Assembly: GCF_026210795.1 (NCBI RefSeq)
Contig: NC_089430.1
Span: forward strand, 4,402,001-4,466,000
Source of the DNA: Rhizophagus irregularis
Lineage: Eukaryota
Direction: 5' to 3'
Length of the DNA stretch: 64,000 nt
Positions 1 to 9,950 of this stretch are shown piece after piece. The notes beneath the pieces were generated by a model, which saw only the letters and a program-made list of their open reading frames with translations, had not been told where the DNA came from and did no database searches. The position numbers and the translations under genes were made by a program. Each line of letters opens with the position of its first letter. Positions within the stretch are counted from its first letter, which is position 1.

Positions 1-816
1 TCTGAAAGTAGACTTAAAGAAAACCTAGGATTTGTTATTTTAGATGGCTTAAAGTCTTTACCTAATCACAAATTAAAAAGTAAACCAAGTGAGATTACTC
101 TCATTACTAATTATCTAGATTACATCATGAAAGGACTATTTCACCTTCCTGATAAGTATATAGTGGAATGGCCTAACACAGGTCTTAAGGAAACTAAAGC
201 TAGAAAAATAGAAGGCAGAGCGAGGCAGCCTGATTTCTTAGTATCAGCAATCCACCAATTAGAAACGAGTGGAACGTTATTTATAGGTGAAGTAACCTCT
301 CCTGCAGAGAAAGAAAACGTGCATAAGAACTGTAATGATTTAATCCGAATTGGAGTTTTTATGAAAGAATGCATTGATTCGGCCTTAGACAAAGGTGCAG
401 ATATTAAAGTTCTAGGTTTTCAATGTATAGGTAAGATAAATTAAATAATTGTTGCTTTGCTCCTTCATGTAATCCTAAAATTTCATCATTGCTTTCTAGA
501 ATATACAATTGATTTTTATGCAATAAAACTTAATGCTCCAGGGCTATATATTATGCATCATATTGGTCAAGCATCGATTCCTACTTCAGTAAAGACATTG
601 TCACATTTTGTTGATGAAATAGATACTTTTCTGACAGTACGTAGTCTTTTACAAGAATCATTTGGTAATTTTAATAATAGATTACGCAACCCAAAAGAAC
701 AAGCAAAAAAATTATCTTTTAAATGCGAGACCTTATCTACACCAAGTTTCAATCAACTTGTTAGTAAAACGCGTAATGTCAAAAGAAAATGTTCCTTCTG
801 GTTCGGAAGGTTTTAG
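1..816 (+). CDS. 3' part of a hypothetical protein, probably a Crinkler-type gene with a C-terminal restriction-endonuclease-like domain; exons <1-430 and 500-816
   Basis: ORFs 127..444 and 457..816 join in frame through a GT-AG intron at 431-499 (GFQCI|EYTIDFY). The RQPDFLV...IGEVT spacing resembles a PD-(D/E)xK motif. The family assignment is recalled, not searched. Confidence 0.6.
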
Positions 817-1097
817 GAAATTACAATTGCTGTCACTGTATGTATCTTCATTTTATTTTTATATTTTTGGGAGGTGAATATGTGAATTTCATGAATTTTT
901 ATTAAAGAAATAATTTTTGAAAGTGGGTTTTTGGTGAATTTGGTGAATTTTCATTGGAAATAATTTTATTTTATGAAATCGGAAGAGGAAATTATTGTAT
1001 TTTGATAAAATATTTTCAAATATAATAAAAAAATCAGTATATTTCTTAAAACTTAAAAGATTTTATACATTTACGAAGTTGTAAAATGCTATTAAAT

Positions 1098-1137
1098 AGG
1101 TGGTGAATAAGTGGTGAATAGGTGGTGAATAGGTGGT
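1098..1137 (+). repeat. Short tandem repeat (RGTGGTGAATA, about 3.5 copies)
   Basis: Seen directly; related TGGTGAATT motifs lie at ~931-949. Confidence 0.8.
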
Positions 1138-1454
1138 ATTGTCATCAAAATTTAGCCGAAAAAATCAAATTAAGATATTTTTTTATGCATTAAATAATTA
1201 TTTGACGATGAATCTCAATTTTAATTTAATTTTATTTCTTTTTTTAAATCAATTTAACCTTAGTAAAAACTAATTACTAATTAAAAATATCATTTTGTAA
1301 AAATTAATAAGAAAACTAGATTTTACCCTATAAAAATCTGTATATGGAAATGTTATGTTTTATTCACATGTGACATACATTTTTATAAATTCCGTAACAA
1401 GTACAAATAAAATCTGTGCAACTTCACATGTCAAAACTATGTTTTAACTTGCGA

Positions 1455-2115
1455 TACTGTGAAATTTTTGATTTATTTATATATTTACAAATTCATTACA
1501 AAATTAATTTGTATAAGTAGTTTATTGTTACATAGTCACAAAAAAAATCATCTTTTTTTATCTTAAAAGTTTTAAAAAAATTACATCCTCTGTTGAAAAA
1601 ATACATATATTGTTACCATATCTCAAAGAACTGAAATTCATTATAACAATCTATAGAAATAGAAAAAAAATATATTACTATAAATTAATATGAAAAAAAA
1701 ATTACCCAGAAAAATTAATTATAACGATCTATTGTTACAATAAATAAATAAGTAAATTATGTCAGTCTATTATTGAGCTTGATACAACCTAAAAAATATT
1801 ATTATTATTAATAGGAAAAAAGGCAGCATCGCAGCATCGATCCGATCACCGATTTAAACCTAAATGGTGAAAGAATGTATTTGGGAAAAAAAATTTGGTT
1901 TGAAAAAAAAGAAAAAAAAGCCAACCGGAAAAAAACCGAAAACAAAAAATAAAAATAAAAAAATTCAAAAAATAAAAACGAAAAAAAAAATTTGGGGGAG
2001 GGACGAAGAGAAAAATCGGGTTGAAAAGAGAAAGAAAGAATAAAAAAAAATTCGAAAGAAAATGAAAAAAATAATGAAAGAAATCGGTTTAATGTAAAAA
2101 AATAAGTACCAAAAA
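1455..2115. repeat. Dispersed A-rich repeat module; homologous to ~7905-8450 and ~23358-23945, and partly inverted at ~11960-12300 and ~24545-24885
   Basis: Shared blocks such as ACAAATTCATTACAAA...TAAGTAGTTTATTGTTACA, AAAATCGGGTTGAAAA and AAAGAAATCGGTTTAA. Confidence 0.8.
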
Positions 2116-2409
2116 AAAGGATTTGGTCATGTTTAGATTACCGTATATAAATAATTGTGTAATATGAAACACATGATCTGCCGCGCCTAATCTATTCAGT
2201 AATATACTAAAAAAATCCAAAAAAATCCCTGTGTAATCTAATACATGATTTGTCTACGCCTGAACTATTCCGTATTCATATAGTAGTTGCCAAATCCATG
2301 TTGATTATTAATATAAAATATTTTTAGTTTCCAGTTTTGCTAATATTATAATATTAATAGACAATTAAACTTATAAATTGTAAACTAATTTTTTTTATTT
2401 TATTTTTTT

Positions 2410-2975
2410 TAAACAATAGATCGAACTTTTGGCCTTTCTTTTGTTTAGTTTTTTTTTTTTACAATCAGAATTTTTTTCATTCAGTAATTTTTTTTTAATT
2501 TTTTTTTTAACGATAGATTATTTAGTAATTTTTTTTTATTTTTTTTTAATAGATCGTTTAGTAACTTTTTTTTATTTTCTTAATAGATCGTTTAGTTATT
2601 TTTTTATAACAACAGACCGAATTTTTTTTTCATTAAATTTATTTTTTCCAACAATAGATCGGACTTTGCCCTTTCTTCATGTTCGGTAACTGACATTTAC
2701 CAAGATTAATTAGTAATAGTTAGTTCCCAGTTAAAATAAAATTTACTTTTTTTTTGCTTCCTGGTAACTGGCATCATTCTAATACTATTAAGTAATAGTT
2801 CTATCGATTTTTTTACAATAGGCTTTGGTGATAAGAATATTTTTTTTTTGTAACAATAGATTTGATAATGGAAATTTTTTTTAAATAGATTACTATGATA
2901 TAATCTTCTGTAATAATACATTCGCATGATGGTATTCTTAGTGATGAGAAAATTTTTTTTTTTTGTAACAATTAA
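2410..2975 (+). repeat. Degenerate T-rich tandem repeat with a recurring AAC/TAATAGAT(CG) core
   Basis: Many irregularly spaced AATAGAT cores between T-runs. Confidence 0.6.
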
Positions 2976-3691
2976 TTATTCAGAATTGATTTTGTGATGA
3001 GTCTGTAAACGTATAAACCATAAATTCTATAATACTGCAACATTTGTTTAATATTATAATATTTGTATTAAGTTATTTATTGTAATACTAAATCATTTTA
3101 ATTTAATCATATTGTAAATATATATCATTCAAATATAGATACTTTATTTTATTTTATTTTATTTTATGTGAAGTCGGAAAGAATATCAAAGAGGATTCAA
3201 ATATAGATACTTTGCTGAAACCTCTGATTTAGCAATCTTAACGATACTACCATGTGACTATCACGTGACCATATGGTAGACTCCAAGTGTCATCTTTTTT
3301 GTTTTGATCGTCTAGTTTTTATATTGCTACTTTATATTGGCTAGTTTTTATTGTAAATTTTAATTTGTTAACATTGTTAACATTCAATTTATCTAATGAA
3401 ATTCTTATATATTTTTATTTTAATTTTTTATTTTGTATTTATAATCGCAAATCTTAATATTAAATTACAAATCTTAATTTTTATCGCAAATCTTTTAAAT
3501 ACAAATCTTAATTTTTATCTATCGAAAATTTTGATACTTATAGTTTTATATTACCTAATATTTAAATATTAATAATGTATATGAGCACATATAAAAATAT
3601 AAAAAAAATTTTTCCCCACGTGATATTAAATTAATAATTACCGCAGCTTCAGCTGCGGTACCTATGCTGACAATCAAAACACGTATTTATC

Positions 3692-5910
3692 AATGACACG
3701 ACTAATTTCAGCTTGAACTGAGTTTGTAATGGGGCTGAACTATTGATACATGTGATATCACGTATTTTGTTTACCACTGGTGTCACACCCTCCCGCTTAT
3801 TTTGATATTTTTAACGAGCACGTCAAAACTATTGAATCACGTGATAATAACATCAGTCCAATTTTGTATATATATATCATAGTATTTTTTTTTTCTCTTT
3901 CTAAATAAAATATTGTTTTTTCAATTATTTTTCGCGTCTTCACTTAAATGAACAGGAAATAGTCGAAACAAAATAAAATAATATTTCTTTTCTTTTATTT
4001 CAGCGACTTAATTTTTCTTGGGTGAGGAATACCACCTATTATTTGTCGAGTCATCGCTGTCTTCGCTTAGGTTTTTTGGGTGAGGAATACCTATTATTTG
4101 TCGCGTCTTCACTTAGAAATGAACAGGAAATAGTCGAAACAAAATAAAATATTATTTCTTTTTTTTTATTTCAGCGACTTAATTTTTTCTTGGGTGAGGA
4201 ATACCACCTATTATTTATCGAATCTTCGCTTAGTTTTTTTGGGTGAGGGACCTATTATTTGTCGCGTCTTCACTTAGAAATGAACAGGAAATAATCGAAC
4301 TCTTTTGGGAGCATGAACTGGTTGCTTACAACACCCACGACCTTCGTTTTCTAATGGTAACGCCCTCGTGTGTGCAACCCTTCTCCATTTGGCGAAGCTG
4401 GTTGGTAACGCTTTTTCTTTGGGAGTATAAAACTGATTGTTTACAACACCCACGACCTTCGTTTTCTAATGGTAACGCCCTCGTGTGTGCAACCCTTCTC
4501 TATTTGGCGAAGCTGGTTGGTAACGCCTTTTCTTTGGGAGTATGAAACTGATTGTTTACAACACTCACGTCCTTCGTTTTCTAATGGTAACGCCCTCGTG
4601 TGTGCAACCCTTCTCCATTTGGCGAAGCTGGTTGGTAACGCTTTTTCTTTGGGAGTATAAAACTGATTGTTTACAACACCCACGACCTTCGTTTTCTAAT
4701 GGTAACGCCCTCGTGTGTGCAACCTTTCTCTATTTGGCGAAGCTGGTTGGTAACGCTTTTTCTTTGGGAGTATAAAACTGATTGTTTACAACACCCACGA
4801 CCTTCGTTTTCTAACGGTAACGCCCTCGTGTGTGCAACCCTTCTCTATTTGGCGAAGCTGGTTGGTAACGCTTTTTCTTTGGGAGTATAAAACTGATTGT
4901 TTACAACACCCACGACCTTCGTTATCTGTTGGTAACGCCCTCGTGTGTGCAACCCTTCTCCATTTGGCGAAGCTGGTTGGTAACTTCAGACCTCAAGGAA
5001 TTGGTTTTACAACACCCACGACCTTCGTTTTCTGTTGGTACGCCCTCGTGTGTGCAATCCTTCTCCATTTGGCGAAGCTGGTTGGTAACTTCAGACTTTG
5101 TTTGCCACCGGTGGAGAAGCCGGTTGGTAATTCAAGGTTTCCCATGGAACTGGTTTTACAACACCCACGACTTTCGTTTTCTGTTGGTAACGCCCTCGTG
5201 TGTGCAATCCTTCTCCATTTGGCGAAGCTGGTTGGTAGCTTCAGACTTTGTTTGCCACCGGTGGAGAATCCGGTTGGTAATTCAAGGTTTCCCATGGAAC
5301 TGGTTTTACAACACCCACGACCTTCGTTTTCTGTTGGTAACGCCCTCGTGTGTGCAATCCTTCTCCATTTGGCGAAGCTGGTTGGTAGCTTCAGACCTCA
5401 AGGAATTGGTTTTACAACACCCACGACCTTCGTTTTCTGTTGGTAACGCCCTCGTGTGTGCAACACTTCTCCATTTGGCGAAGCTGGTTGGTAACTTCAG
5501 GCTTTGTTTGCCGCCGGTGGAGAAGTCGGTTGGTAACTCAAGGCTTCTCATGGAATTGGTTTTACAACACCCACGACCTTCGTTTTCTGATGGTAACGTC
5601 CTCGTGTGTGCAACCCTTCTCCATTTGGAGAAGCTGGTTGGTAACTCCAGGCCTCCAACTTTCGCCGAATTAGTTTCTATTTTCTGCTTACTAACGATTA
5701 TTTATTATTTATATTAAGATACTAGGACTTTAGATTCTCTCTAACATCTACAAAATTCCGTCTATGAAAAATGTTTCTGATTGACCCATCAGGCTTGATT
5801 TTGGCCGATATGGTAAGTAAAATATATGACATGCTTTCAAGGGAGGGAGTACTACGGATCCTAGGCGAGTCCTGCGTCATATTATTTCACAATGATTCCG
5901 AAAAATTCTA
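3692..5910 (+). repeat. Array-bearing dispersed element, copy 1; array 4328-5645 with 11 cores
   Basis: Cores (ACAACACCCACGAC...GTTGGTAAC, 82 bp) start at 4328, 4443, 4558, 4673, 4788, 4903, 5009, 5158, 5308, 5414 and 5564. Periods are 115 x5, 106, 149, 150, 106, 150. Confidence 0.95.
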
Positions 5911-6439
5911 TGATGTTTTATGTTATACATTATCGGAATAATTACGGTCCATCATCAATGATTGGAATTTAAATCGGATGATTTTTATTTGCTTTATATA
6001 GTTGCGTTTTAAAGAAATTCACATAGTTACGTTTAAACATTTCAAATTTAAAATAAACTAGCAACAAAAAAAAAATCCGTCCACTCCAGCATAATAAAAT
6101 ATGTTTAGTTTAAATTTCTGTTAATATTGATACGTATTTTTGTCAACATTACCAATATTGAGTTAGCGTTTCTCACGCGAACTTTTGTTAAAAGGTTTAA
6201 TTAATAATTGTGTAATTAAATTACTTGAAGACATATTTGTTCATTCAGTCAGTTAGTCAATTACAGCCTAATGTTTCTCTCACAACGGAACGGTTGGCTT
6301 TATAGTGTTTCTGGCATTTTAAAAAATTATTAGATATGCCAGATTTGGTGTTAACAGAAAAGAAAAGTTGTAAGACATTTCATCAGAAGTTATTAAGATT
6401 CTTTTTCATCAGAAGTTAAGCTAAAAATGATCATCAATT

Positions 6440-6540
6440 ATACCGAAACCCTATTTCACCGAATTCCATTTCGTCAAAGCCATTTATCGAATAAATATTT
6501 CGCCAAATGGACATTTGCCGAATGGACATTTCGCCGAAAT
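6440..6540 (+). repeat. Degenerate ~15-bp tandem repeat (CATTTCGCCGAATGG-like); paralogue at ~22350-22452
   Basis: About seven degenerate copies, resembling transposon subterminal repeats. Confidence 0.65.
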
Positions 6541-6664
6541 ATTATTTATTCGATTTTGTTATTTTATTGTTTTTATTAAATATATAAAGAAATCTTTTCT
6601 AGGAAAATTTTGAATTAGCCAATTTTTATTAAATTTGTCTTGTTGTTTTATAATATTATATTAA

Positions 6665-7218
6665 TTGCCGATTCTCCACTCAGCGATGCGAAATGATCGG
6701 CATTCTATAATTAATCTCGTCGCACATTTTTATATTAAATACTATTGCTTCTGAATGGTGTTTGCACAAGTTTGAAAAAGTTTTGTTGTAATATAAATGC
6801 CCTAAAAATACATTAAAAAAAGGTGTTAATTACTTAGGTATAGTTTTATAAAACTGGTAAAACTAAAACATTGCCAAAAAAAAAAAAAATTTTTTTATTT
6901 TCTAAGCAAGAATATACCGTATATTACATAATAGTACAAAAAAACCTTTGTAAAATTTGCAAAATTCGCGAATAATTGGTGTAAAGTTACCTAAAATATG
7001 AGCTGGAATGGTGACTTCCCCCAAGGTAAACTTTTTAAATTTTATAGCAAACGAAAAAAATTTTGTTTTTGTGACATATTCACGTTTTAATTGGTTGCAA
7101 TAAGCATGACTTATGTAGGACAAAATTGGAGTTGAAATGTGCCGATCAACGTCATTCATATAAGAACTTGCGACGGATCTACCAATCAATTTTGTATCGT
7201 TGAGTGGCGGATTGGCAA
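6665..7218. mobile_element. 554-bp non-autonomous TIR element (MITE) inserted at TTAA
   Basis: Imperfect ~36-bp TIRs (TTGCCGATTCTCCACTCAGCGATGCGAAA versus reverse complement TTGCCAATCCGCCACTCAACGATACAAAA). TTAA flanks at 6661-6664 and 7219-7222. The empty site has a single TTAA at 22550-22553. Confidence 0.9.
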
Positions 7219-7633
7219 TTAATTATTTTTTACTGATTAAATGTTTTCAGGTTATATATTGCTTTAAAACAATTAATATCAGTTACTTGAATGTTAAAGT
7301 GATAATATCCTGAAAAAAAAAAATCTAAAAATAATGATGAATATTTTTAAATAAATTATAAAATAATTATATTATACGTCTCACTCACATATTCATTCAA
7401 ACAGGTATAAATGTCCGTATAATAGTAGACAATTGATTATTTCACCAGAATTTATCCCAATATTTGAAGCTAATGATAGGTTAGTGTTTGTGTGATTAAC
7501 GTTTAGATTAGCCTGTATAAATTAATTTTGAATTGCTGATCTGTATTTTTTATAGTTAAGACTTAAGACACGCTAGTCACGTTGTATAACTAATCCAATT
7601 CCTTTTAATCAGAATTTTTTTTTTCCAAATATT

Positions 7634-7663
7634 ACAAGGCGTAACCGTCGCGTTGCGCCGGGG
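7634..7663 (-). mobile_element. Helitron-like 3' terminus with degenerate CTAG; paralogue at 23144-23173
   Basis: The minus strand reads CCCCGGCGCAACGCGACGG-TTACGC-CTTGT: a GC hairpin a few bases before a CTAGT-like end. Confidence 0.45.
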
Positions 7664-8879
7664 ATGATACTTGCCCATCAAGTAAGAGAGTAATAATCAC
7701 ACTTATATTTTATTTTCCATGTAGTGTGAATAAGGTCTAGTTTTTTACTATTATTATGATGGCATTAGTAGGAAATAAATGTAATAAATTACACAATTTA
7801 TATGATTATACAAATAACAATAAATCGTGTGCAAGTGTTTATACAGTATATGAAATATTACTATTAAATGCAAATTTATTTATCATATGAAACAAATGTT
7901 GTAGTACTGTGAAATTTACAAATTCATTACAAACCCAACTTTGCATAAGTAGTTTATTGTTACATTGTTACAAAAAACCTTTTTTTTATCTTAAAAAATT
8001 CCATTGTACCATTAAAAAAAATTACATCCTCTAGAAAAAAAATATCTCACTATAAATTAATATGAAAAAAAAAATTCCCAGAAAATTTAATTATAACGAT
8101 TTAATGTTACAAAAAATAAATAAATAAGTAATTGTTATTGAGTTTGATACAAAAAAAATATTATTATTATTAATAATAAGAATCGGGAAGAATTTATTCG
8201 GGAAAAAAAAATTTGGTTTGAAGGAAAAAAAGCCAAACCAAACGAAAAAGGAAAAGGAGAATAAAATTTTCGTATTGGAAAAAAAAGCCAACTGGAAAAA
8301 AAAAAATAAATAATAAATTTTGAAATATAAAAACGAAATCGGGTTGAAAAAAAAACTGAAAAGAAAAAAGAAAGAAAAAAATAAAAAAATTTGGGGGAAA
8401 AGAAAAAGGATAAAGAAAGAAATCGGTTTAAAAAAAAGAAAAAAAATTCCGAAAAGAAAGGACAATAATTCGGTCCAAAAAGACCGAAAAAAAATTCAAA
8501 AAAAAAATTAGACCAAAAAAAATAATATAATAATAATACGAAAATTTTTTTTTAAAAAAAAAAACTTTACAAAAAACCGTAGATTTAATATAAGGCTAAT
8601 AAAAGTATTTTCATGTGCTAGTAATAGTAATAAATCAGGCCTATCATCAAGCTCGTTAATAGTGCTAGTAAGAAAATTGTAAATAAATATTTTAGGAACG
8701 GAATAGTCTAATGTCAGGCTTTTTGTAATAATAATATTAGGCCAGTATAAAACATCTATAATCATAATAAAAGACATTTGTAATAATAATAAAAGACATA
8801 AAAAGGTATTTTTAATATGATAACAATATAACTAATTTAACATTACATTTATTTCCACTAAAATATTAATAAAATATTA

Positions 8880-9950
8880 TTATATTGCAAAAAATAAAAA
8901 ATTATTACGGACATATTCAAAATTTGAGATGATTCTACTAGTCTATGATAAATTCGATACCAAGAATTATTAGTAACTTTTTGTAATTGGTATATTGGAT
9001 ATGAAAGTAATTCATCTCACCTTGAAACATCTTCAAACGGATAATATGTAAAAATATAATCTTGCCCATCATTCCATGGGAGTTTGAGTATTGCTTTAAT
9101 GCCAGCAAAGCTTTCAACTTTCACTGAAGCAATTCCAACCACATCACCAACGCAAACATTAATTTTTTGATAATCACTATTTCTTCTTGGAAAGTGTAAG
9201 ATGCAGAATTATAAAAATGGGTGTGAATTGATAATAAAGCTTGTTCCATTGAAAAATATGAAGATTAAACTTGCATAGCATCACCTAAGAGGTCACTTTT
9301 ATGGGATTGGAAGAAATAAATCCAGCAGCTTCAATACGCCATTTGGATTGTAAGTATATATCAGAACACTTAAATTAAACAATATTATCATGATTTTTTT
9401 GCTAAAATATTATTTACCATTTATTTAAAACTCAGAATCATTATGATATCGATCATGGAAATATGGATCCAAAGGACTGGGAGATCACGACCCTAATTCT
9501 GTACCTTGTTGTATATGAGTAATATTAGAATCAAGTCACTACTATTAAAAATAGTGTCAAAGAAAATATTTGTTAAATCTCTTTGTATAACATGGTTGAC
9601 ATATTTACGTAGATATGCGATCTCATCTGATCCAAAGCCAGATAGCAGATAATTTCGGGATACATCATCCATCATGGATAAATCCAGATAATCTGTCAGA
9701 TAATCCGTTATCAATTATTATACATTAGTATATAGGTATATAGCAAAAAACAAATGTGGAGGCACGTGATTTTTAGGTGCTTGCCAGCATTACCAATTTT
9801 CCACCAACACTATGATTAACTTCAGATATCCGGATATCCCGTAATCGAATCTTCTTGCCAACATATTTATCGTAAACTCCTGGCTCCAAATATCAATAAT
9901 AGGATTTTGCAATATTCTTTTAAGATATTCAAAATAAACTTGAGTTAGTA
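8880..9950 (-). pseudogene. Degraded coding remnant, probably the C-terminus of a transposase-associated protein with a BAH-like domain
   Basis: Frameshifted minus-strand peptides: VGDVVGI..ESFAGIKAILKLPWNDGQDYIF, ELLSYPIYQLQK and a YVRNNF-like terminus. ORF 9493..9714 lies upstream. The family call is from recall. Confidence 0.35.

Noticed and set aside
4328..5645. CRISPR array interpretation of the core/linker arrays
   Set aside because: The repeat is ~82 bp, linkers are reused rather than unique, no cas genes are present, and the context is eukaryotic.
5564..5645. Hammerhead ribozyme or spliced-leader RNA reading of the core
   Set aside because: CTGATGG and CGAAG do not match CUGANGA and GAAA and the CTGA is not conserved among units. 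No clear Sm site, and SL trans-splicing is not established in fungi.
4243..5717. Overlapping ORFs across the arrays (also 20386-21642 and 34728-36051)
   Set aside because: Most periods (115, 106, 116, 107, 149, 151) are not multiples of three, and ORFs appear in all frames on both strands; they are by-products of the repeat.
8091..8511. Phe-rich or Lys-rich ORFs (also 2429, 11974, 15859, 23589-24004, 24547, 31019-31303)
   Set aside because: Translations of low-complexity A/T tracts inside repeats.
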